In this document: positions 7,454 to 16,045 of the stretch, piece by piece | How positions within the stretch are numbered: position 1 is the first letter of the stretch | How the letters are laid out: the number at the start of each line of letters is the position of its first letter | Source: Betaproteobacteria bacterium | Lineage (GTDB): Bacteria > Pseudomonadota > Gammaproteobacteria > Burkholderiales > Casimicrobiaceae | Length of the DNA stretch: 25,649 nt | Assembly: GCA_005888955.1 (NCBI GenBank) | Contig: VBCS01000073.1 | Coordinates: 1-25,649, forward strand | Reading direction: 5' to 3' | Translations under genes and position numbers: made by a program | Notes under the pieces: model-generated | Database searches by the model: none | What the model was told of the DNA's origin: nothing | The model's input: the letters and a program-made list of their open reading frames with translations, nothing else

Positions 7454-7861
7454 TCAGCTCGGTTGCGGACGGAGTAGCAAGCCGACTTTGCGCACGCCCT
7501 TCTGCTGGAGCAGATCGAGCACGCGGACGACCTCTTCGTAACGGACGGCGCGGTCGGCGGCGATCACGACCGCCTGCTCGGGATTCTTCGCCTGCCGGTC
7601 GCGCACTCGCGCGATCAGTTCATCTCGCGACACGCGCACCGGCGCCGCGGCACCCTCGCGCAACCACAGCGATTGGTCGGTACGCACCTGGATTTCGAGC
7701 GGCGCTACCGGCGCGGTGAGATGAGTGCCTACGCTGGGTAGCTCGATCACACCCGGGTTGATCAACGGCGCGGTCACCATGAAGATCACGAGCAACACCA
7801 GCATCACGTCGATGTAGGGCACGACGTTGATCTGGTTGATCGATTTGCGTGGCCGGCGCAT
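7454..7861 (-). CDS. tolR: TolR
   Basis: QINVVPYIDVMLVLLVIFMVTAP; AADRAVRYEEVVRVLDLLQ. Confidence 0.93.
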   Translation of the reverse strand: MRRPRKSINQINVVPYIDVMLVLLVIFMVTAPLINPGVIELPSVGTHLTAPVAPLEIQVRTDQSLWLREGAAAPVRVSRDELIARVRDRQAKNPEQAVVIAADRAVRYEEVVRVLDLLQQKGVRKVGLLLRPQPS

Positions 7862-7864
7862 CGG

Positions 7865-8530
7865 CTACCCCTGGCGCTGGAGAATGTTCGAGAATTCCTC
7901 GATGAACGTCTCGAAGCGCGTCGCTAACCGGTCGACGTCGTGGGTATAGCGGTTATACGCGACGACCGCGGGAATCGCGGCGAAGAGCCCCATCGCGGTG
8001 GCGATCAACGCTTCGGCGATACCCGGCGCGACCTGCGCGAGCGTCGCCTGGCTGACGTTGCTGAGGCTCCGGAACGCGTTCATGATGCCCCATACGGTGC
8101 CGAACAAGCCGACGTAAGGTGACACGGATCCGACGGTCGCCAGCCCGGCGAGATTGGCTTCGAGGACGTCGATCTCGCGTTGGTACGAGGCGCGCATGGC
8201 GCGACGCGCACTGTCCATCGTCGCTGCCGACGAGGTCCCTTGCCGGCGGTGCTTGGCGTACTCGCGGAAACCGGAGGAAAAGATTCGCTCCAGTGCGCCG
8301 CCGCGATTCTGGCTTGCGCGCTGGAAGAGCTCGTTCAGGTCGCCGCCTTTCCAGAAGTCGTCCTCGAACCGGTCGGTTTCGCGCTGCGCCCGCTGCAGCG
8401 CGAACAGCTTGAGGAAGATCTGCCACCACGACCACAGCGACGCCAGGAGCAGCAGCGCCATGACCGCCTGCACGACGACGCTGGCATGCAGCATCATCGC
8501 GAAAAACGAGAGATCGGGATGCAGGTTCAC
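7865..8530 (-). CDS. tolQ: TolQ
   Basis: LATVGSVSPYVGLFGTVWGIMNAF; VAPGIAEALIATAMGLFAAIPAV. GTG start at 8530 (MNLHPDLS), after the ybgC stop. Confidence 0.93.
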   Translation of the reverse strand: MNLHPDLSFFAMMLHASVVVQAVMALLLLASLWSWWQIFLKLFALQRAQRETDRFEDDFWKGGDLNELFQRASQNRGGALERIFSSGFREYAKHRRQGTSSAATMDSARRAMRASYQREIDVLEANLAGLATVGSVSPYVGLFGTVWGIMNAFRSLSNVSQATLAQVAPGIAEALIATAMGLFAAIPAVVAYNRYTHDVDRLATRFETFIEEFSNILQRQG

Positions 8531-8549
8531 CAGTGTCTGAGCCTTTGTT

Positions 8550-8960
8550 CTAATGCATCTTTGCAACAACCGGTGCCGGAATGCGCGCGGGCCGCCAAGT
8601 CGCGGGATCGAGGCAGGCGAGCGTCACGTGCGCCCGGACCAGCTGCGCCTCGCCGCGAAAGACCTCCTGGACCGCGACCAGACGGCTACGGCCGCGCGCG
8701 ACCGACCCGACCGTGACCTCGAGGGCATCGTACAGCCGAGCCGGCTGCCGGTACTCGATGTCCAAGCGATGGACCACGAACACGACGCCGTGTTCACGTT
8801 CGAGAGCGGTCAGCGTGAACCCCAGCGACGCCAGCCATTCCGTGCGCGCCCGTTCCAGATATCTCAGAAAATTGGCGTAGTAGACGACGCCGGCGGCGTC
8901 CGTATCTTCGTAGTAAACGCGGACCGGCCAGCGAAATATCTCGTCGGCCGTCGGCGTCAT
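8550..8960 (-). CDS. ybgC: Tol-pal-associated acyl-CoA thioesterase
   Basis: [32 protein letters not shown] overlap with the ruvB stop. Confidence 0.92.
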   Translation of the reverse strand: MTPTADEIFRWPVRVYYEDTDAAGVVYYANFLRYLERARTEWLASLGFTLTALEREHGVVFVVHRLDIEYRQPARLYDALEVTVGSVARGRSRLVAVQEVFRGEAQLVRAHVTLACLDPATWRPARIPAPVVAKMH

Positions 8961-9991
8961 CCGCTCGTGAAGAGCCCGCCGGCGGCGGCTGGTGGCAGCA
9001 GGCCGAAGTGGCGATACGACAACGCGGTGGCGATTCGGCCGCGGTTCGTGCGCTGCAGGAAGCCCTGCTGGATCAGAAACGGCTCGAGCACGTCCTCGAT
9101 CGTGTCGCGCTCCTCGCCGATCGCGGCCGAGAGGTTGTCGATCCCGACCGGTCCGCCGGCGAATTTGTCGAGCACGCAGCGCAGGAGCTTCCGGTCCATC
9201 ACGTCCAGGCCCGCGGCATCGACGTCGAGCATGGACAGCGCGGCGTCCGCGACATCGTGCGTGATGCGGCCACCGGCGCGGACCTCGGCGTAGTCGCGTA
9301 CGCGCCGCAAGAGCCGATTCGCGACGCGCGGCGTGCCACGCGAGCGGCGCGCGATTTCCAGTGCGCCGTCGGGCTCGAGCGCGATATCGAGCAGTCTCGC
9401 CGACCGCCCCACGATTCGGGTGACCTCCTCGGGGGTGTAGAACTCGAGCCGGGCGACGATACCGAAGCGATCGCGCAGCGGATTGGTCAACATGCCGGCG
9501 CGCGTGGTCGCTCCGACCAGAGTGAACGCGGGCAAGTCGAGCTTGACCGAGCGCGCAGCCGGCCCTTCGCCGATCATGATGTCGATCTGGAAGTCTTCGA
9601 GGGCCGGATAGAGGATCTCTTCGACCACGGGCGGCAAGCGATGGATCTCGTCGATGAACAGCACGTCGTGCGGCTCGAGGTTGGTCAGCAGGGCCGCCAA
9701 GTCGCCGGCGCGCTCGAGAACGGGTCCCGAGGTCTGGCGCAGATTCACCCCGAGCTCGTGCGCGATGATGTGCGAAAGCGTCGTCTTGCCCAATCCCGGC
9801 GGCCCGAAGAGCAGGACATGATCCAGCGCCTCCTTGCGCTTCTTCGCCGCCTCGATGAAGATCGCCAGCTGCCCGCGGATCTTCTCCTGGCCGACGTACT
9901 CGTCGAGCACGCGCGGTCGCAGCGTGCGTTCGAGCACTTCCTCCTGCGGACTCACCGGTGCCGCTGCGACCAGGCGATCGGTTTCGATCAT
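8957..9991 (-). CDS. ruvB: Holliday junction branch migration ATPase
   Basis: [41 protein letters not shown] and [14 protein letters not shown]. Confidence 0.98.
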   Translation of the reverse strand: MIETDRLVAAAPVSPQEEVLERTLRPRVLDEYVGQEKIRGQLAIFIEAAKKRKEALDHVLLFGPPGLGKTTLSHIIAHELGVNLRQTSGPVLERAGDLAALLTNLEPHDVLFIDEIHRLPPVVEEILYPALEDFQIDIMIGEGPAARSVKLDLPAFTLVGATTRAGMLTNPLRDRFGIVARLEFYTPEEVTRIVGRSARLLDIALEPDGALEIARRSRGTPRVANRLLRRVRDYAEVRAGGRITHDVADAALSMLDVDAAGLDVMDRKLLRCVLDKFAGGPVGIDNLSAAIGEERDTIEDVLEPFLIQQGFLQRTNRGRIATALSYRHFGLLPPAAAGGLFTSG

Positions 9992-10004
9992 CTTCGCGTC
10001 CGCG

Positions 10005-10586
10005 TCACGCCTTGGCGAGGACCTTCAGCGCCTGTCTGATGCCGTCGGCGACGGCGACACCATCGGGCAGCTGCTTCACCGCGTGCACGGCTTCCTTGTC
10101 GCTGTAGCCCAGCGAAATAAGCGCATGCAGCACATCGGCCGCGACCGGCGGGGCGCGGTGCACACCGATCGCGGTCGTCATCTCGACGCCGAGCTTGTCC
10201 TTCAACTCCAGCAGCAATCGTTCCGCCGTCTTCTTGCCAATGCCCGGAATCTTGGTCAGCCGTCCCGATTCCTGCGATGTTACCGCCTGCGCGAGCTCCG
10301 CAACCGACAGGCCGGAAAGCACCGACAGCGCGGTCCGCGCGCCGATGCCGCTGATCTTGATCAGCTGCCGAAACGCGCGCCGTTCCGATTCGGAGCCGAA
10401 GCCGAAAAGCAGATGCGCGTCCTCGCGCACGACGAGATGGGTGAACAGCGTAACACGCTCGCCGAGGATCGGCAGATTGTAGAAAGTGCTCATCGGCACG
10501 TCGACTTCGTACGCGACGCCCTGCACATCGAGCAGGATTTGCGGCGGGTTCTTCTCTACGAGCGTTCCGGACAAGCGGCCGATCAT
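10005..10586 (-). CDS. ruvA: Holliday junction DNA-binding protein
   Basis: MIGRLSGTL at ATG 10586, [33 protein letters not shown] and ALISLGY. 193 aa. Confidence 0.97.
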   Translation of the reverse strand: MIGRLSGTLVEKNPPQILLDVQGVAYEVDVPMSTFYNLPILGERVTLFTHLVVREDAHLLFGFGSESERRAFRQLIKISGIGARTALSVLSGLSVAELAQAVTSQESGRLTKIPGIGKKTAERLLLELKDKLGVEMTTAIGVHRAPPVAADVLHALISLGYSDKEAVHAVKQLPDGVAVADGIRQALKVLAKA

Positions 10587-10647
10587 GAGCGCGGGGCGGG
10601 CAGCGACGCGCACATTATCGCATGGCCTCCGGGCGCGACCGGTGCGA

Positions 10648-11187
10648 TCAAAGAATACGCCCGCGCCGTACGCGATAACCGGTCCGCCGCAAGCCATGGA
10701 GACCTTCGCCACCGTGCGCGTGACAGATCGCGCAAGCGAGCGCGTCGGCTGCGTCGGCCGATGGAGCGACCGATAGCGAAAGGAGCCGCCGCACCATTTC
10801 CTGCACCTGCTCCTTGGCCGCTTTGCCATGGCCGACCACCGCCTGCTTGATCTGCAGCGCGGTGTACTCGGCGACCGGAAGCTCGGCGAGCACCGCTGCG
10901 GAGATCGCCGCGCCGCGCGCTTGGCCCAGCAGCAGCGTGGATTGCGGGTTCGCGTTGACGAACACTTTCTCGATGGCGACCTCGGTCGGGTGGTGTTCGA
11001 CGATGACGCTGCCGATATCGCGCAGGATGATCTTGAGCCTCTCCGGCAACTCGCCGCCGGTGTTGCGCACGCAGCCGCTGGCGACGTATTGCAGCCTGCC
11101 TCCGATCGACACGATGAGCCCAAATCCGGTGACTCTGAGGCCAGGATCGATGCCGAGGATGCGGCGCGTTGCAAACAGGACTGTCAA
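10648..11187 (-). CDS. ruvC: Crossover junction endodeoxyribonuclease
   Basis: [37 protein letters not shown] and [15 protein letters not shown] start. Confidence 0.97.
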   Translation of the reverse strand: MTVLFATRRILGIDPGLRVTGFGLIVSIGGRLQYVASGCVRNTGGELPERLKIILRDIGSVIVEHHPTEVAIEKVFVNANPQSTLLLGQARGAAISAAVLAELPVAEYTALQIKQAVVGHGKAAKEQVQEMVRRLLSLSVAPSADAADALACAICHAHGGEGLHGLRRTGYRVRRGRIL

Positions 11188-11192
11188 GGGCG

Positions 11193-11921
11193 CTATGCCT
11201 CTTCGATGACCGCGGTCGTATAGACGTTCTGGACATCATCCAGCGCCTCGAGTGCATCGAGCAGCTTCTGCATCCGCGCGCCGTCGTCGCCGGCGAGCAC
11301 GACCTCGGTCGCGGGCTTCATCGTCACTTCGGCGAATTCGGGCTTGAACCCGGCCTTGCCGAGCGCAGCCTTCACCGCAACGAAGTCGTGCGGCGCGGTA
11401 AGCACCTCGATCGAGCCGTCATCGTGGTCGATGACGTCCTCCGCGCTGGCGTCGAGTGCGACGTCGAGCAGCCGATTCTCATCGGTTCCGGGCGCGAAGA
11501 CGATCTGGCCGCAATGCTTGAAGAGGAAGGCCACCGAGCCGTCGGTTCCCAGATTGCCGCCATGCTTGGCAAATGCGTGCCGGATATCGGCGACGGTGCG
11601 AGTCCGATTGTCGGAGAGGCAATCGACGATCACTGCGGCGCCGTTGATCCCGTAGCCTTCATAGCGGATTTCCTCGTAGCTCACGCCCTCCTGCTCGCCC
11701 GAGCCGCGCTTGATCGCGCGCTCGATCGTATCCTTGGGCATGTTGTTGTCGGTCGCCTTGTCGACCGCGAGCCGCAACCGCGGGTTGCTCGACACATCTC
11801 CGGTACCGAGCTTTGCCGCGACCGTGATCTCGCGGATGAGCCGGCTGAAAATCTTGCCGCGCTTGGCATCGGTCGCCGCCTTGCGGTGCTTGATGTTCGC
11901 CCACTTGCTGTGGCCGGCCAT
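11193..11921 (-). CDS. yebC: YebC/PmpR family protein
   Basis: [19 protein letters not shown] and YEGYG..G. 242 aa. Confidence 0.97.
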   Translation of the reverse strand: MAGHSKWANIKHRKAATDAKRGKIFSRLIREITVAAKLGTGDVSSNPRLRLAVDKATDNNMPKDTIERAIKRGSGEQEGVSYEEIRYEGYGINGAAVIVDCLSDNRTRTVADIRHAFAKHGGNLGTDGSVAFLFKHCGQIVFAPGTDENRLLDVALDASAEDVIDHDDGSIEVLTAPHDFVAVKAALGKAGFKPEFAEVTMKPATEVVLAGDDGARMQKLLDALEALDDVQNVYTTAVIEEA

Positions 11922-11950
11922 GGTCGGATCACGCTCTTGATGACGCGCAA

Positions 11951-11956
11951 ATTATA
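11951..11956 (-). promoter_or_regulatory. -10 box of probable yebC-ruv-tol promoter
   Basis: Perfect TATAAT followed by GC-rich TTGCGCG, 29 nt upstream of the yebC ATG. No good -35. Confidence 0.55.
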
Positions 11957-12010
11957 CGCGCTGAGTAGAGATCGCCGGAACGCACAATGCTCGGTATTTC
12001 GTGGGTTCTT

Positions 12011-12165
12011 CTGCGCAAACAGCGCAGGACTGTCTACCCTGGGTTGTCCAGGGGTTAGTGCGCGAAAAGCGACGGGCCGCTCCCGAGCTTTTCGCGGTAA
12101 ATTAAATCCCGCGCAAAGTATCGTGCGCGCCGCAGTTGTTGTATGGCGAGCGAAACTTTGCGCGG
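12011..12165. other. Array of four consecutive hairpins (unidentified structured element)
   Basis: Stems: CTGCGC/GCGCAG 12011-12027; CCCTGG/CCAGGG 12037-12053; CGCGAAAAGC/GCTTTTCGCG 12061-12096; CCGCGCAAAGT/ACTTTGCGCGG 12109-12165. Confidence 0.6.
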
Positions 12166-12166
12166 C

Positions 12167-12805
12167 CTAGATGAGTCCCTGCTGCTTCAGAAACTGCGCG
12201 AGCACCTTGAGCCGTACCTCGCTGTCGTTGATCTCGAGCATGCTCTGCTTGATCGGGAGCGGCAACGGCAGGATCTCGGCCAGCCGATAGCTGACCCAGG
12301 ACGCGTCGGTGAGCGCGAGCTCGGCGGGAAAGTTCTCCTTGCCGACACGGTTGATCAAGAGCTCGAGCAAGTTGGCGAGTGGCTTGAACGCATCGGGCAG
12401 CGCGAGCGCCGGCTCGGGCGCGAGCGGAGTCACCTGCCCGACGACCAGACCGTCTTCGGCGATCGTGTGTGTCTGCACCTGAAACCGCGTCACGCCTTCG
12501 GTCCGCAGATGCAGGATGCCGAGCTGCGGCATGTCCCAGGCCGTGATCCGCGTAAGCGTGCCGATCGGAGTGAACGCGAGTCCCGCTCTTGCCGCCGCCG
12601 TATTGGCGACGACCTCGTCGCCTTGCGTGAGCAGGCACACGCCGAACGGGCTGTCGTCCTTGAGGCAAGCCTTGGTCATCGTAATGTAACGCTGCTCGAA
12701 GACCTTGAGCGGCAGCACGCCGCCCGGAAAGAGCACAGTCTTCAAGGGGAACAGCGGCAGCACGCTCGGCTCTCGCGACGACGCGCCGCGCAGGAACGGG
12801 AACAT
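12167..12805 (-). CDS. LON peptidase substrate-binding (N-terminal) domain protein, no protease domain
   Basis: LPLFPL.TVLFPGGVLPLKVFEQRY..M..C, GTL.RI, SYRLAEILPL and KQSMLE. 212 aa. Confidence 0.88.
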   Translation of the reverse strand: MFPFLRGASSREPSVLPLFPLKTVLFPGGVLPLKVFEQRYITMTKACLKDDSPFGVCLLTQGDEVVANTAAARAGLAFTPIGTLTRITAWDMPQLGILHLRTEGVTRFQVQTHTIAEDGLVVGQVTPLAPEPALALPDAFKPLANLLELLINRVGKENFPAELALTDASWVSYRLAEILPLPLPIKQSMLEINDSEVRLKVLAQFLKQQGLI

Positions 12806-12824
12806 CGTCGCGGGTGCGGATGCT

Positions 12825-12872
12825 TAGGAGTCTGTCGGGCTTACGGTCGCGAGCAAGCCCGACAGGCTCCTA
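12825..12872. mobile_element. 48-bp MITE-like inverted repeat bounded by TA
   Basis: TAGGAGTCTGTCGGGCTT-12 nt-AAGCCCGACAGGCTCCTA: 18-bp arms with one mismatch. The right arm includes the ubiX TAG. Confidence 0.5.
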
Positions 12873-13511
12873 TGCGCGCTCGATCGTCGGTGGCGCGACT
12901 CGCGCCGCGCCCCAGCGCGGGCCCAGCGAATGTGCGACACCGAGCTGATCGAGGATGCGCGCGACGATGAAATCGACGAGATCGCCGATCGCCTCGGGCC
13001 GACCGTAGAATCCGGGCGACGGCGGCAGGATGACAGCGCCCGCACGCGCGAGCTTGAGGAGATTTTCGAGGTGGATCGCCGACAGCGGTGTCTCGCGCGG
13101 CACGAGCACCAGCGGCCGCCGCTCCTTGAGCATCACATCGGCGGCGCGCTCGATCAAGTTGTCGGCAAGACCCGCCGCGAGCGCGCCCGCGGTGCCCATG
13201 CTGCAGGGGCAGATCGCCATCGCGTCGGCCGGGTTCGATCCCGAGGCGATGGGCGAGAGCCAATCCTCCCGTCCGAAGACGGTCAACTGGCCTGGCTTCG
13301 CATGGTAGCGCTCGGCGAAGAATGCGGCGGCCGCGTGAGGCTGCGTCGGCAGCATCAGCTCGAGCTCCTGCCGCGCGACCATTTGCGCGGCGGGCGAATA
13401 GACGAGGTAGACGCGGGTCCCTGCCGCGATCAGGCACTCGAGCAGCCTCAAACCGTACGGGAGACCCGACGCGCCGGTGAATGCAAGCGTGATCGTGCGC
13501 GAAATGGTCAT
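12870..13511 (-). CDS. ubiX: Flavin prenyltransferase
   Basis: TGASG.PYG, IASGS, PCSMGT, ERAADV.LKERRPLVLVPRETP, HLENLLKL and PGFY. Confidence 0.95.
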   Translation of the reverse strand: MTISRTITLAFTGASGLPYGLRLLECLIAAGTRVYLVYSPAAQMVARQELELMLPTQPHAAAAFFAERYHAKPGQLTVFGREDWLSPIASGSNPADAMAICPCSMGTAGALAAGLADNLIERAADVMLKERRPLVLVPRETPLSAIHLENLLKLARAGAVILPPSPGFYGRPEAIGDLVDFIVARILDQLGVAHSLGPRWGAARVAPPTIERA

Positions 13512-13520
13512 ACGCGCATT

Positions 13521-13619
13521 GTAGCCGGGTTGACCCCGGACTTGATCCGGGGGGCCCCGGCTGAGGAAGAATGTACCCTTCGCCCCGGGCGTCGCGCTAA
13601 AGCGCTCAGCCCGGGCTAC
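13521..13619. repeat. REPIN of family 2: two head-to-head GTAG-led REPs with different inner hairpins
   Basis: Left: GTAG-CCGGG-TTGA-CCCCGGA-CTTGA-TCCGGGG-GGC-CCCGG (13521-13560). Right, minus strand: GTAG-CCCGGGC-TGA-GCGC-TTTA-GCGC-GAC-GCCCGGG (13619-13584), matching 1380-1415. Confidence 0.82.
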
Positions 13620-14452
13620 GCAAGCTCCCGGTGGCGGGTCAGTACCTGATGCCGTCCCGCAAATGCCCTGGCCAGCCGTTCGGCCAGATAGACGGATCGA
13701 TGCTGGCCGCCGGTGCAGCCGATCGCCACCGTGAGGTAGTTGCGATTGTCGCGCGCATAATCGGGCAACCAGTTTGCAACGAAATCGTGGATGTCCTCGT
13801 ACATCCGCTCGACCTCGGGATAGTTCTGGAGATAGGCAACCACCGGCGAGTCGCGTCCCGTAAGCATGGCGAGCGCGGGTTCGTAGTGCGGATTGGGCAG
13901 GCAGCGCACGTCGAACACGAGGTCGGCGTCGAGCGGAATGCCGTGCTTGTAGCCGAACGATTGGAACAGCAGCGTCAGCTTCGACGAATCGACGCTGGCG
14001 AAATCCTTGATCCAGGAGCGCAGTGCCGCGGCAGACAGGTCGCTGGTATCGAAGCTGTAGGCGAGCGACCGCACGTCGGCGAATACCTTGCGCTCGAACT
14101 CGATCGCTTCGGTGAGTGTGCGCTCGTTTCCGGAGAACGGATGCCGGCGCCGCGTCTCGGAGAAACGCTTGACCAGCGTATCGGTCTTGGCATCGAGATA
14201 CAGGAAACGCACCGTCCAGCCTTCGCCGCGCGCCGCCTCGATCGCTGCGGGCAGACCCGTGAGCCCAGAGCCCGTCTTCGCGTCGAGCGCAACCGCGACA
14301 TGGTCGATGCGGGCGCCCTTGAAGTGCACCAGCAGCCCGGCGAGCTGCGCGAGCGGAAGATTCGAGACGGCGTAATAGCCGCTGTCCTCCAGCGCCGCGA
14401 GTGCGACACTCTTGCCGGAGCCGGAGAGGCCGCCGATCAGCAGAAGGTCCAT
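13616..14452 (-). CDS. rapZ: RNase adapter / P-loop protein RapZ (YvcJ family)
   Basis: GLSGSGKS, LVKRFSETRRRHP, SFGYKHGIP.DADLVFDVRCLPNP and IGCTGGQHRSV. Confidence 0.95.
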   Translation of the reverse strand: MDLLLIGGLSGSGKSVALAALEDSGYYAVSNLPLAQLAGLLVHFKGARIDHVAVALDAKTGSGLTGLPAAIEAARGEGWTVRFLYLDAKTDTLVKRFSETRRRHPFSGNERTLTEAIEFERKVFADVRSLAYSFDTSDLSAAALRSWIKDFASVDSSKLTLLFQSFGYKHGIPLDADLVFDVRCLPNPHYEPALAMLTGRDSPVVAYLQNYPEVERMYEDIHDFVANWLPDYARDNRNYLTVAIGCTGGQHRSVYLAERLARAFAGRHQVLTRHRELA

Positions 14453-14489
14453 GGAGTTCTCGCGGCGGTGGGCATGCGCGCGGATTTTC

Positions 14490-14550
14490 GTAGGGCCGAA
14501 TTCATTCGGCCCTCACTCGACCGCTGCTGTGCGAATGAATTCGCACCTAC
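14490..14550. repeat. REPIN of family 1
   Basis: GTAG-GGCCGAATTCATTCGGCC (14490-14511), a 17-nt spacer, then GTGCGAATGAATTCGCAC-CTAC (14529-14550). Both REPs are identical to those at 2289-2355. Confidence 0.9.
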
Positions 14551-14581
14551 ACGAACGATCATGGGAACGGACGGATACGGC

Positions 14582-15541
14582 CTATCCGCCGTCCTCCATT
14601 AATTTTTGTTGGCGCTCGATGAACTCCTTGGTGCTGTCGATGCCGCGCTGATTGAGCACGAAGTTGCGCACCGCCGCTTCGACCAGTACGGCAAGATTGC
14701 GGCCCGCCGCCACCGGAATCGTCACCTTCCGGATCGGTACGCCGAGAATCTCCTGATAGGTCGCGTCGACCTGCAGACGATCGAGCTCCGAGAATTGCTC
14801 GTCGCTGTGATCTTCCAGATTGACCATCAACTTGAGCAACTTTCGCGGGCGCACCGCCGTCTCGCCGAAGATGGTGCGGATGTTGAGCACGCCGATGCCG
14901 CGCACCTCGAGGAATTCCTTCAGCACCGTCGGGCAGCGGCCCTCGATAGTGTCCGGAGAAATGCGGTAGAGCTCGACGATGTCATCGGCGACCAGTCCGT
15001 TGCCGCGCGAGATCAGCTCCAGCGCGAGCTCGCTCTTGCCGATCGCGGAAGCGCCGGTGATCAGCACGCCTATTTCCAGCACATCGAGGAGCACCCCGTG
15101 CAGCGTCGTCGATTCCGCCAGCACCCGCGAGAGGTAGAGCCGGATTACGTCGACCACGTGCGGCGAGGGTTGCGGCGAAGTCATCAGGGCGATGTGGTGG
15201 CGGTTGCACTCGTCAAGCAGATGCGCCGGGACATCTTCGCCGTTGGCGACGATGATTGCGGCCAGCTCGGTCGTGAACAGCCTGCCGATCGACGTCGTCA
15301 ACGCGTCTTCCGGCAAGCCGCGGAGGTACGCAGCCTCGGCGGCGCCGATGAGCTGCACACGGAAGGGATGGATGAAATTCATGTGACCGACCTGGCCGAT
15401 GGTCGGTTTGAGCGCGGCTTCGCCGATCAGGACCCGATTGCCGCCCTGCCGACCGGCGAGCCAGTTGAGCCCCAATCGTTGCTGGTTCTCGGCGAACAGC
15501 TTCTCGATGCTGACTTGACGCATCGCGTCGCTCTCGCTCAT
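14582..15541 (-). CDS. hprK: HPr(Ser) kinase/phosphorylase
   Basis: LHGV, Walker A GASAIGKSE, LVADD, LEVRGIG.LNI and IPVAAGRNLAVLVEAA. ATG 15541 overlaps the ptsN stop (ATGA). Confidence 0.95.
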   Translation of the reverse strand: MSESDAMRQVSIEKLFAENQQRLGLNWLAGRQGGNRVLIGEAALKPTIGQVGHMNFIHPFRVQLIGAAEAAYLRGLPEDALTTSIGRLFTTELAAIIVANGEDVPAHLLDECNRHHIALMTSPQPSPHVVDVIRLYLSRVLAESTTLHGVLLDVLEIGVLITGASAIGKSELALELISRGNGLVADDIVELYRISPDTIEGRCPTVLKEFLEVRGIGVLNIRTIFGETAVRPRKLLKLMVNLEDHSDEQFSELDRLQVDATYQEILGVPIRKVTIPVAAGRNLAVLVEAAVRNFVLNQRGIDSTKEFIERQQKLMEDGG

Positions 15542-15999
15542 GACGCGGGCTCCCAAGTCGAGAACAGGCGATGCAGGCTGTCCGCATCGGTCGCTACGGC
15601 GAGCCGATCACGAAAAGAACGCTCGCTGAACATCTCTGCGAGCTCGGACAAGAGCTGCAGATGTTCTTCGGTCGCGTGCTCGGGAACGAGCAGGACGAAG
15701 ACATGTCCGACCGGCTTGCCGTCGGGAGCGTCGAACGGGATCGGCTGGCGCGGCCGCACGAATGCGCCTAGCGCGTGCGTGAGGCCCTTGATGCGTCCAT
15801 GGGGAATCGCGATGCCCTGGCCGAGGCCTGTCGAGCCGAGCTTTTCTCGCGCGAACAGGCTGTCGAATACGACCGAGCGCGCGATCTGCGCGTGATCTTC
15901 GAAAAGCTGGCCGACCTGCTCGAAAAGCCGCTTCTTGCTCGTGGCCTCGAGGTCGAGCAGGATGTTCGCTTCGGAAAGGAGTTGCGCGATCTGGTTCAC
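15538..15999 (-). CDS. ptsN: PTS EIIA(Ntr)
   Basis: AREKLGSTGLGQGIAIPHGR, FDAPDGKPV and HLQLLSELA. GTG start. Confidence 0.95.
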   Translation of the reverse strand: MNQIAQLLSEANILLDLEATSKKRLFEQVGQLFEDHAQIARSVVFDSLFAREKLGSTGLGQGIAIPHGRIKGLTHALGAFVRPRQPIPFDAPDGKPVGHVFVLLVPEHATEEHLQLLSELAEMFSERSFRDRLAVATDADSLHRLFSTWEPAS

Positions 16000-16002
16000 G
16001 CG

Positions 16003-16029
16003 GTAGGCGGGCGCTGACTAAAGCCCGCC
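16003..16029 (+). repeat. GTAG-led hairpin (REP-like singlet) in the ptsN leader
   Basis: GTAG overlapping the stem GGCGGGC-gctgactaaa-GCCCGCC. Only one copy in the window. Confidence 0.4.
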
Positions 16030-16045
16030 GGCAAGATGGCGCAGA

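Noticed and set aside
10587-10647. LexA/SOS box upstream of ruvA
   Set aside because: No CTGT-N8-ACAG here or upstream of yebC/ruvC. Only a weak GATAAT -10-like hexamer.
10005-11174. 389-aa ORF suggesting a long or fused RuvA
   Set aside because: The extension is an alternative frame over ruvC. RuvA starts at MIGRL (10586).
11171-12035. Shared CAGGACTGTC (with GCAAACAG) at the ruvC start and in the hairpin array, suggesting antisense pairing
   Set aside because: A 10-nt match is plausible by chance. It would need a plus-strand transcript, and I see no promoter for one.
14453-14581. Missing HPr/NPr gene after hprK-rapZ
   Set aside because: In Betaproteobacteria ptsH commonly sits elsewhere with ptsI, so its absence here is ordinary.
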